This document shows, piece after piece, positions 20,105 to 28,252 of a DNA stretch of 64,000 bases. Source of the stretch: Myxococcota bacterium (GTDB lineage: Bacteria > Myxococcota_A > SURF-8); assembly GCA_963674735.2 (NCBI GenBank), contig CAXXQS010000002.1, positions 1,472,001 through 1,536,000 of the forward strand, read 5' to 3'. How positions within the stretch are numbered: the stretch's first letter is position 1; every line of letters begins with the position of its first letter. Both the position numbers and the translations under genes were made by a program. Under the pieces are notes generated by a model, which saw nothing but the letters and a program-made list of their open reading frames with translations, ran no database searches and had not been told where the DNA came from.

Positions 20105-21205
20105 CTAATCTTCCCAACATTGTTTTTCTACCGCGTCGCAGGAGAAGCCTGGCGGGCAGTAGCGGGAGGAGGCGCAGGGAATGCCCTCACATTGGTCCAG
20201 GTTCAACCCGCCTCGGGCTCCCATCGTGGCGCCCGTGTTTCCCGCAACCACATCCTGAATTTCCAGCCCGAACGCTTCTTCCGGGACGTTCAATCCACTG
20301 AGCAGGTTCGATACATCGAAGAGCTTGGTTCCAAATGGACCGCTGTCCCGCTGATCGTAGATCAGGCTCCGAATATACGTGTTTCCTTGTGGGTAAAGCA
20401 GCCAGATTCTCAATTCCTGAGCCGCCGGATGGTCGAGCGTGATTTCGAATTCGGCGCTGCTTATGGAGGCGATGGCCTGGTCCTCGTTCATGCTGATAAA
20501 CGCGCTGTCTCCTGTAGCATCCGGAATGGCCAGACCGACAATGTCCTCCGTTAATACGGCGCAGCCATCCGGTTTGATTGACAGCGTGAAATCCGCCGCG
20601 CTTCCCGTTGTCGTGCTGGAAACGACGAGCACGCGCTGGTAGTTGATGAGCTGCGAGTCGACGGATCGTTTCAAATAATAATCGTGAACCCGCAACCGAA
20701 TCGTCTCATTTTGACCGGGTCCGGTCAAATCTTGAGAACTATGGCATTGGGTGGGCGCGTCGTATTTGCATTTATCCGGATCGACGTCATAACAAATACC
20801 CGGATCGAAAGACGTACAGGTGGAAAAGACGGCCAACGCGGGGTCAAAGTCGGGCGAATGATTCTCCAGAACCACGTCGTATTCCCCCGGTCCGGGAAAG
20901 GTCAAGGTGTACAGCCGTTCCGGGCCGCGCAAATAATTTTGGACGCTTGGTCCATCCGCCGCTGCGGACGAACAAGGGAAGAGCAGGTGTTCGCCTTGCA
21001 GATAGGGAGTTTCATATCCCACGGTGGAGCCTTCAATGGACTGATTGACGCCCAACACCTGCGCCGAACCGCAGGTTCTTCCCGACGCTTCCGAATCGGG
21101 ATAGATTTCGAAGCGATACTGTTCTGGAAGTGGCAAGCTGCCGAAACCGGAGATACCCCACGCATTGAATATGAAAAAGGAGTAGGTCCCATCTTGGGGA
21201 GGCGT
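20105..21205 (-). pseudogene. 5'-truncated Cys-rich surface-protein gene (PPC-like and proprotein-convertase P domains)
   Basis: The frame stays protein-like upstream of the called TTG (TPPQDGTYSFFIFNAW) to about 21205, but has no signal peptide or RBS. P-domain-like 'IPDA...ITLDHP..QELRIWL'. Confidence 0.65.
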
Positions 21206-21549
21206 TGGACGTGGACGAATCCCGCGAAGATTCGGACGGCGATTGGGACGATGAGCGATTCGACGAAGAAGAAGCTGCGGAGGACGAAACCGACGTGGAA
21301 GCCGCCGACTCGGAGGACGTGGAAACCGAGGAAGCCTGCGGCGGCGAGTGGGATTGCAAAGAACCCGAAGGGGAATGCGGCAATTCGAGCCTTGGCGAGT
21401 GCGAAGTCGGTATGTATTGCGGCGAGGATCAACAGTGCCATCCGGGATGTGGAACCCATGCCGATTGTTCTAGTGGACAGTACTGTGAGGATCACGCCTG
21501 CCTTGCGGCTCACCGCGACCTCGCCGCCGGGCTGTGCCATGCAACTTAA
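21198..21549 (+). pseudogene. Orphan fragment of a DGD-linker/Cys-repeat lipoprotein gene, in opposite orientation to its neighbour
   Basis: Encodes DSDGDWDD..EEEAAEDE.. then C-x-CGTHADCSSGQYCEDHAC. No signal peptide or RBS; abuts the truncated minus-strand gene. Confidence 0.6.
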
Positions 21550-21603
21550 ATCCACAACATCCAGCGCGCGTGCATCAGCGTTTTTTCGTGTTCGAATCGC
21601 TTC

Positions 21604-21692
21604 ACCCAAAAAAAACGGCCGACCCGCAAAGGGTCGACCGATCTTTTCAGCGATGTGGGATCGAGAGCACTCAGGCGCGTCGGCGCAGCCCG
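21604..21692 (-). repeat. Inverted copy of the 3' end and terminator of the 33272-34915 gene
   Basis: Reverse complement matches 34894-34982 at 87/89 nt by manual alignment. Confidence 0.95.
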
Positions 21693-22317
21693 TAAAACGC
21701 AGCGACAGCGTTTATCCGAAAACACTCGCCGCCCTGTGGTCCTTTCGCGACCCTTGCCTGTGTAAGCCATTGGAATAACTGAACAATGATCCTATTTTAA
21801 CCTGGTTCACGACACCCATTTGCATGCCAGAACGGGAAATAAGGGAAAAGCCTGTTATATCAACAAGATAGGCTGGCTTCCTTAGTATCTTCTAAATAGA
21901 GTATATTTAGTATATTAATTTTACAACGCAAACAGCCCGTTTTCATCCTTCGAAAGCGCGCAGGCGATCCCGAAAAAACGGCAGTCAAGGACGCCCCAAC
22001 CCCGAAAACAATGGGCGAATTCCGACGTGTATCATATGGTAGTCGTACCCCCGCGCCGTCGGCGAGCGGTCCCGCCTGTCAACCGGTGTGACGTATTACG
22101 GCAAACCCGGAAAGTCGGTAGGAAATCGGCCCGGCCCCCCAACTCGCGGGCGAAAAACCCAGTGATTTCAATAGACGCATTTCAAAACGGCCAAAATCGC
22201 CCGAAATGGGCCGTTTTTGCCGCCTTGCCACTGTGATGAGGCGATATTGATACATACTAACGCAAGTGTCAGTAAGCGCGTTTCGGCGAAATTCCGCAGC
22301 CTCATTCGACCGGTTGT

Positions 22318-22372
22318 GTTTTTGTCCCCTTTCTTTGTGCGTCCAAAGAAAGGGAACCGAAAGAAAGGACGC
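22318..22372. repeat. Dispersed palindromic/MITE-like repeat
   Basis: ttttgtcccctttctttgtgcgtccaaagaaagggaaccgaaagaaagg, a CTTT(T)CTTTG...CAAAGAAA hairpin resembling a widespread intergenic repeat type. Confidence 0.5.
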
Positions 22373-22427
22373 CCGGGGTTCGCCTTGGCCGGGTGGCCGT
22401 GACAACCCCTGATCGATAAAACAGAAT

Positions 22428-22516
22428 GGGTGGCATGGGCTAAGCGCAGCTTGCCCATGTGCAGGATCTTCGAACACGGGCAAGCTCCATTCCATTCCGC
22501 TTAGCCCGTGGCACCC
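22428..22516. repeat. REPIN-like doublet palindrome, copy 1
   Basis: GGGTGGCATGGGC..GCCCATG...CACGGGC..GCCCGTGGCACCC; same family as 42805-42880. Confidence 0.75.
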
Positions 22517-22614
22517 GTTACCCAGGCCACCCGCCCGAAATCCCTCAGGCTGAGCGGGGATAGCACAGCAATGATACAAGAGCACACTTGTCCCCGTATC
22601 GGCGCGCACCTTCC

Positions 22615-22746
22615 GTCGGAGCAGGGCTCCCGTCCTGCTCTGTTCGTTTGTCTTCAAACAAGGCTTCTGCCTTGTTTCCGCCGGGGCCGATTCGGGTGAA
22701 AAGATCAGGACAAACCTGCGGAGCATGACGGAGCCATGCTCCTGCT
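22615..22746. repeat. Second REP-like family: inverted pair of GGAGCA(G/T)GGCTCC..GTC(C/A)TGCTC hairpins
   Basis: ggagcagggctcccgtcctgctc on + at about 22618 and ggagcatggctccgtcatgctcc on - at about 22719-22741. Confidence 0.55.
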
Positions 22747-22826
22747 TAAGATGCCGCCCCAGTTTATCGCAGCCATGCTCCTCCCGGGCCCGCGTCTTTC
22801 CACGCCGCTTTTGGTGGGTCTCGCCG

Positions 22827-23699
22827 CTAAAGCCCGCGCATCCACTCCGGTTTGAGGCAGGATTCGTCGCCGTCGGCGAGCACCGAATCGATCAGTTCCA
22901 CGATGCGCGCCTTATCTCGCGGCATATCGCCCTTGATAGGCAGATAGTTGCTGGCATGGTTGGCGGTGAAGTGGGCCCGTGTGAAATCAGATTCCGCCAC
23001 GATAGTCCGCAGTTCACGCAAGAGCTGCCACTTGTCGGGCAATCGAAAACGCCCCGCCTCGACCTCTTGCCAGATGGGCGTGCCGGGCACGAGCGTCAGC
23101 ATCAGACAGCCCACGTAGTCCGGGTCGGCCAGAGCCAGCGCGCGGGCGGTGTTGCGGGCATGCTGCTCCGACAGCTCCTCCCCGCCCGCCCCCAGCAGAA
23201 CGATGGCGGAATAGGTGATCCCGGCCTTCTTGAGCTTTTGCGCCGCCGCGATTTGCTGGCTCGAATCGGCCCCCTTGTTGATGCGTTTGAGAACCTCATC
23301 GTCGCCCGATTCCACCCCGTGATACACGATGCCCAGCCCGGCCGCCTTCAATGCGACAAGTTCGTCGTGGCTTTTGTTGAGAATGCCGCGCGCATCGCCG
23401 TAGATTCCGACCCGCTCGATGTGCGGCCCGTGCTCGCGAATGTAGTGGAGAACGCGCAGCAGCTTGTCGGCCGCGAGGATCATGGCATCGCCGTCGCACA
23501 GAAAAAGCCGCCGAAACTGCGGAATGGCCAGGCCTTCATCGAGATCGGCCTTGACGGTTTCCCACTTTTTCATCATGAAGCGTTTTTCCGCGTACATGGC
23601 GCAAAATGAGCATTTATTGTGGCTGCAGCCGGTGGTGATCTGCACCAGCAGCGAATCGGCCTCGGAAGGCGGACGGTAGATGTTTCCCACGTAATCCAT
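22827..23699 (-). CDS. Radical SAM protein
   Basis: YRPPSEA, CSHNKCSFC (CxxxCxxC), GVESGDD, ANHASNYL. Confidence 0.92.
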   Translation of the reverse strand: MDYVGNIYRPPSEADSLLVQITTGCSHNKCSFCAMYAEKRFMMKKWETVKADLDEGLAIPQFRRLFLCDGDAMILAADKLLRVLHYIREHGPHIERVGIYGDARGILNKSHDELVALKAAGLGIVYHGVESGDDEVLKRINKGADSSQQIAAAQKLKKAGITYSAIVLLGAGGEELSEQHARNTARALALADPDYVGCLMLTLVPGTPIWQEVEAGRFRLPDKWQLLRELRTIVAESDFTRAHFTANHASNYLPIKGDMPRDKARIVELIDSVLADGDESCLKPEWMRGL

Positions 23700-23734
23700 T
23701 TGAAACTCCGCTTCGGTTTACGACAACACCGATA

Positions 23735-26254
23735 TCAATCGGATTCGACGACGTAGATCAGTTGGTAGGTATTCTGCGCGCTCCCGTAACCGGTAATCTG
23801 GAAATAGTAGCCCGCCGAGTTGACCGTCGTATATATAATCGCTTCGTTGGGCGTGGTCGTGGTGCTTTGCGCCACCACATTTCCCAGCCCGTCGCGCATG
23901 TAGAGATCGAGGTCGCCCGAATTCGAATCGAAGGCCATGCTCAAGCGCACGGTCTGCCCGGCGGAAAGCTCGATGTAGTACCAATCCTCGTCGCCGCGAC
24001 ACAAGCCCAGATCGTTCCATTCCTGCGGCGCAGCGCCCAGGAAGGTCGAATCGTAATAATTGTTGTTGGGTTCGTAGCGATCCTCCGGACAAATCCACAG
24101 CGACAAGTCGTAGGAGTTGTCCTGCGCCTGAAGGCCGCGCAGCTTGAGCCAGTAATCGCCGCCATCCTCGAACTGTTTGGAGAAAGCGGCCACGCCGTCG
24201 GCGGTTTGCGCCACCGCGCGCGGGTTGCCCAGTTCATCGTACAAAATCACCTGGAAAGGCGTCACGACCGGATTGTAGGTGATGGCCGTTTCCAGCAGAC
24301 CGTAATCGGGCAGGGTGATGCGATACCAATCGATATTACCGGCGCACAGCATCAGATCCGGCCAAGCGATGCTGTCGGAAACGGGCGTGGCCGTGGCCTC
24401 GTCGTCGTTCTCTTCGTGGATATCGTCGTTGCAGATCGGCTCATCGAAGGCGGTGACGGTCAGGCCGTAGCTGTGTTCCAGCGGCCCGGTTTTGTAGATC
24501 TGGGCGTAAACCATTCCTCCCGTTTCATTGCCGACCTGCAGGCGCTCGTTGTCGGTTTCGGTGTCGGAGCGATCCAGCTCGTTGTGCGAAGCATCGAACA
24601 GCAAGGCCTCGATATTGCCGTCGGCATGGCTGAACGACACATCGATCTGCAAGCCCGACTGCGCGGGCATGTCGTAGGCGTACCAGTCGACATCGTAGCC
24701 GCAAAGCTTCAAACCGGGGTGGTCGCCTGCGCTGATGGCCGCCGCAGCGGCCAGGGAGTCGTTTTCTTCGAAGGTGTCATCCTCGCAAAGTTGAGACGGT
24801 TGGATGGTGACCGACAGATCGTAGACATTTCCCTCGCCGACACGCGAAAGCACCCGAATGAGATGGCGGCCCGGCTGCGTAACCCAGAAATTGGCGTTTT
24901 CGTTATCGGTCTCGCTGACATGCGTCTGCAGCAGCGAGCCATCGGGCTTGTAGATGTAGAGGTCCAGATTGCCCAAGGAATGGGTGAAAAGCAGATCGAC
25001 CGCGATGAAATCGTCCTCGGCCAAGGTGATGGCGTAATAATCGTCGTTCTCCGGACACAAAACCAGTCCTTCATACGGGATGGTGGCGATATCGGCAGCG
25101 GTCTCTTTTGTGTCGTTGGGCTCGAAAGCGTCGTCGAGGCAGGTGTCCTCCGGTTCCAGTTCCTTTTCGGTCTCGATCTCCGCAATCTCCACCCAATCCG
25201 CCTCTTCCGCGTCGCCGTCCGCCGCGTTTTCAATCGACACCGTCAGCACATACGCCGCCGCGATCGAATCCGACGTCGCCACCCGCAAGGCCACCTCGGC
25301 CGCGACAGCCGTCGTCCAGCCCACTTCTTCGCGCGTCGCGCTCGACGAGGCCGAGACATCCAGCAAGCTGCCCTGGTCGTCGAACAGGTACAGATTGAGA
25401 TTGGCGGCCTCCCCGTCGAAATCGATGGCGGCGCTCAGGGTGTCTCCCGCAACAAGCGTGATAGCAAACCAGTCGTCGTCGTCGGGACACAAACGCAAAT
25501 CGGAAAGATCGTCCCCCGGCTCGATATCGGCAGCCGAGCTTTGTTCTTCATTCGGTTCGAACGCATCGGGCGTACAGGACCATTCGGGATCGCCATCGAC
25601 CGCTTCCGGGTCTTCATCGCCAGCGAGCTCGCCCTCGTCCTCGACGTCCGATTCGGCTTCGCTCACATCGCCGTCTTCAGCCGGATCCCCATCCGTTTCT
25701 CCCTCGGCTTCCTCCTCGACGTCGCCGTCCGGCGCGTCTTCGGCGCAGTAAGCCGCCCCGCTCTGATCGGGGTCCACACAGCCGTCCAGGCAGCTTTTCT
25801 GAGCCTGGCAGCGACAGGTGGAAACCGCGCACACGGGCGGTGTGGGAACGCTCGGTTCGCAGAAAGCCAAGGTACTCCCGGAACAGCGCGTGCCACTCAC
25901 CCCGGTCGCGGCATTCACGAAGCACTGGGCGTCGGGACCGTTGGCGCAGTCGCTCTGCTCGCCCTCGTCCTCTGTTTCCCGTTCGATGAACTCGCGCTCG
26001 GGATCGAGTTCGGGGGCGTCCAGGTCGCCGTCCATTTCCGGATCGGCATCGGCTTCCTCCAACTCCGCCTCCGCTTCGCCTTCTACAGGGGTATCCCGAT
26101 CGCCGTCGCTCGGGACGGCATCGAGGTCGGCATCCTGATCGGCGGGCGGCAGCAGTCCGTCGCCGTCGGTCGCATCGCCGCCGGACGACCCGCAGGCCGA
26201 CATCAGGAATAAAAACGAGGCGAATATGACGATAATCCTGTAACTGTTCCGCAT
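23735..26254 (-). CDS. Lipoprotein with DGD linkers and about five tandem PPC (pre-peptidase C-terminal)-like repeats
   Basis: Lipobox LMSA-C; repeated 'C..D.fEpN.....A.......l.LC..d.DwY.i.l......dLdly' units. Confidence 0.8.
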   Translation of the reverse strand: MRNSYRIIVIFASFLFLMSACGSSGGDATDGDGLLPPADQDADLDAVPSDGDRDTPVEGEAEAELEEADADPEMDGDLDAPELDPEREFIERETEDEGEQSDCANGPDAQCFVNAATGVSGTRCSGSTLAFCEPSVPTPPVCAVSTCRCQAQKSCLDGCVDPDQSGAAYCAEDAPDGDVEEEAEGETDGDPAEDGDVSEAESDVEDEGELAGDEDPEAVDGDPEWSCTPDAFEPNEEQSSAADIEPGDDLSDLRLCPDDDDWFAITLVAGDTLSAAIDFDGEAANLNLYLFDDQGSLLDVSASSSATREEVGWTTAVAAEVALRVATSDSIAAAYVLTVSIENAADGDAEEADWVEIAEIETEKELEPEDTCLDDAFEPNDTKETAADIATIPYEGLVLCPENDDYYAITLAEDDFIAVDLLFTHSLGNLDLYIYKPDGSLLQTHVSETDNENANFWVTQPGRHLIRVLSRVGEGNVYDLSVTIQPSQLCEDDTFEENDSLAAAAAISAGDHPGLKLCGYDVDWYAYDMPAQSGLQIDVSFSHADGNIEALLFDASHNELDRSDTETDNERLQVGNETGGMVYAQIYKTGPLEHSYGLTVTAFDEPICNDDIHEENDDEATATPVSDSIAWPDLMLCAGNIDWYRITLPDYGLLETAITYNPVVTPFQVILYDELGNPRAVAQTADGVAAFSKQFEDGGDYWLKLRGLQAQDNSYDLSLWICPEDRYEPNNNYYDSTFLGAAPQEWNDLGLCRGDEDWYYIELSAGQTVRLSMAFDSNSGDLDLYMRDGLGNVVAQSTTTTPNEAIIYTTVNSAGYYFQITGYGSAQNTYQLIYVVESD

Positions 26255-26478
26255 GGTTGCGCACACTCCGTTAAAACCGGTTGATCGATCTATTCTACAT
26301 GATTTGTGAGGAATTCGCCGGGAAAAATGCGGGGCCGGAATACCCGCACGATCGGCCGGGTTTCGCTTTTAGCGGAACGAAATAACGGTTGAAGCCGCCC
26401 CCGTTCCTGTGATAGAATAGGACAATTAATTCAGGGAGATAGTAGCCTGCCTGAATCGACCCCGACCCTGGAGGATTT

Positions 26479-28188
26479 GTGACGCAGCATTCGTACCTCA
26501 GTTCCATTCAAAGCCTGCTGGATGAGCAGAGCGTCGCGCGACGCTGGACGCGCCACCCCGTTTTGTGGTTCGTCGTCGGTTTTCTGGCCGCCGTGTCGAT
26601 CTGGAGCGCCCTTTCAGACGATCCGCCCGCCATCGCACAGCCCGAAGATCCGGCGGCCGTCCAGGAGGCGACACCCACCGAAACGAAGACGGTGTTGGCC
26701 CGAACGGAGTCGGAAGACGCCGGTCCCAAGGAGGCGGATGGTCCCCTGGGCGAAGGCGAGGAGACCACCGGCGGCATCGATCTCGATATCCCAAACGAGC
26801 CCGTGAACGAGCCGAACGCGCTGTCCCAAGCCGACACGACCGCCGCACCTCTTCCCAGCTTCCATGAGTTGGAGAAAAGCCGTCAACCGGCCGCCGCCGC
26901 GACGGACTCCGCCGTGAGCGATCCCGCGAACGAATCCAGCCTGGCACGCACCGTCAAGGGTTGCATTCAGAAAAACGACACCCTGTCCACCTCCTTCGAC
27001 CGTCAGGGGCTCGGCATCGTCAGCGCCAACACCATTATGGAAGCCCTGAAAGGGATTTTCGATTTCCGCTATGCGCAACCGGGCACCGCCTGGGAGGCCA
27101 AATTCAACGTGCTGGGCGAACTGGATTCATTCCGCTTTCACCACCGGCCCCTGGTTACCTACTACGTCCGCCGCGAAGGGGAAGGTCTGCAGGGCTACGA
27201 GATCACAGGCGAAACGCAGATGTTCGTCGTCCCGCTGGCCGGGACCATCGAGGAGTCGCTGTCGCAGTCGATCTGGAAACTGGGCGAGAGCGACGGCCTG
27301 ACCACTCTTTTGGCCGACATTTTCGCCTGGGATATCGATTTCTACAGCGATATCCGCAAGGGCGACAGCTGGCGGGCCTTGGTCGAAAAGTACTATTACA
27401 ACGGCAAGTTCGTGAAATACGGCAGAGTTCTGGCCGCCAGTTTCAAGGGCTCCTATCTGGGCGATTCGGAAGCCTACTATTTCGAAACGGCCGACGAAAA
27501 ACGTGCCGAGTATTTCGATGCGGACGGCAACAGCATGCAAAAAAGCTTCCTGCGCGCACCGCTCAACACCACGCGCGTCACCTCGCGTTTCGGCTTTCGC
27601 ATGCACCCCACTTTACACAAATACAAAAAACACAACGGTGTCGATTACGGCGCGCCCATCGGAACCCCCATCTGGGCCATCGCCGGGGGAAAAGTTTTGG
27701 CGGCCGGCTGGATGGGCGCCTGCGGCAAGGGCATCAAACTGCGCCACAACTCCGGTTACGAATCGATCTACTGCCACCTGAGTTCCATCGCGGTGCGCAG
27801 CGGCACGAAAGTACGCCAGAAGCAGATGATCGGGCGGGTGGGCAACACGGGCCGCAGCACCGGTCCGCACCTGCATTTCGGCTTGAAAAAATTGGGCCAG
27901 TGGGTCAATCCGCTCAAAGTGAAATACGAACCGGGCAAGGCACTCGAAAAACAATACCGCGACCGCTGGCGCGAAGCGCGGGAACTGCTGCATCGCAAAC
28001 TGGCGGGCATCGAACTGCCGAGCTTCTTCGGCCCCGATTTGCCGCCGGATTTCGTCGACCCGACGCGTTCCGACTCGACTCCGCCGACCGCCGCGGCCCG
28101 CCGATCGCCCAAGCGCACGAAAAAAAGCAAGAAAAAAGGCTTTCGCCCACGCCCGGAAGGGATTAAAACGGCACGCGATGCGGGTTGA
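26479..28188 (+). CDS. M23 peptidoglycan DD-endopeptidase (MepM/Csd-like)
   Basis: N-terminal TM, FAWDIDF, SRFGFRMHP, HNGVD, YCHL, TGRSTGPHLH. Confidence 0.92.
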   Translation: MTQHSYLSSIQSLLDEQSVARRWTRHPVLWFVVGFLAAVSIWSALSDDPPAIAQPEDPAAVQEATPTETKTVLARTESEDAGPKEADGPLGEGEETTGGIDLDIPNEPVNEPNALSQADTTAAPLPSFHELEKSRQPAAAATDSAVSDPANESSLARTVKGCIQKNDTLSTSFDRQGLGIVSANTIMEALKGIFDFRYAQPGTAWEAKFNVLGELDSFRFHHRPLVTYYVRREGEGLQGYEITGETQMFVVPLAGTIEESLSQSIWKLGESDGLTTLLADIFAWDIDFYSDIRKGDSWRALVEKYYYNGKFVKYGRVLAASFKGSYLGDSEAYYFETADEKRAEYFDADGNSMQKSFLRAPLNTTRVTSRFGFRMHPTLHKYKKHNGVDYGAPIGTPIWAIAGGKVLAAGWMGACGKGIKLRHNSGYESIYCHLSSIAVRSGTKVRQKQMIGRVGNTGRSTGPHLHFGLKKLGQWVNPLKVKYEPGKALEKQYRDRWREARELLHRKLAGIELPSFFGPDLPPDFVDPTRSDSTPPTAAARRSPKRTKKSKKKGFRPRPEGIKTARDAG

Positions 28189-28252
28189 GCGCCAGAAACG
28201 ACCCCACCATTGCCAGACAGAATCACGTAACTGGACTTGAAAGGAGGCCGGG

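Noticed and set aside
22098-22140. GGCAAACC..GAAA resembling a c-di-GMP-I riboswitch
   Set aside because: Lacks the GACGCAAAG segment and a proper stem, and has no downstream gene.
21760-22300. AT-rich, IHF-like region resembling a CRISPR leader or oriC unwinding element
   Set aside because: No repeat-spacer array, cas genes or perfect DnaA boxes adjacent.
22079-22726. 215-aa minus-strand ORF
   Set aside because: Runs through palindromic repeats, with atypical composition and no recognisable motif.
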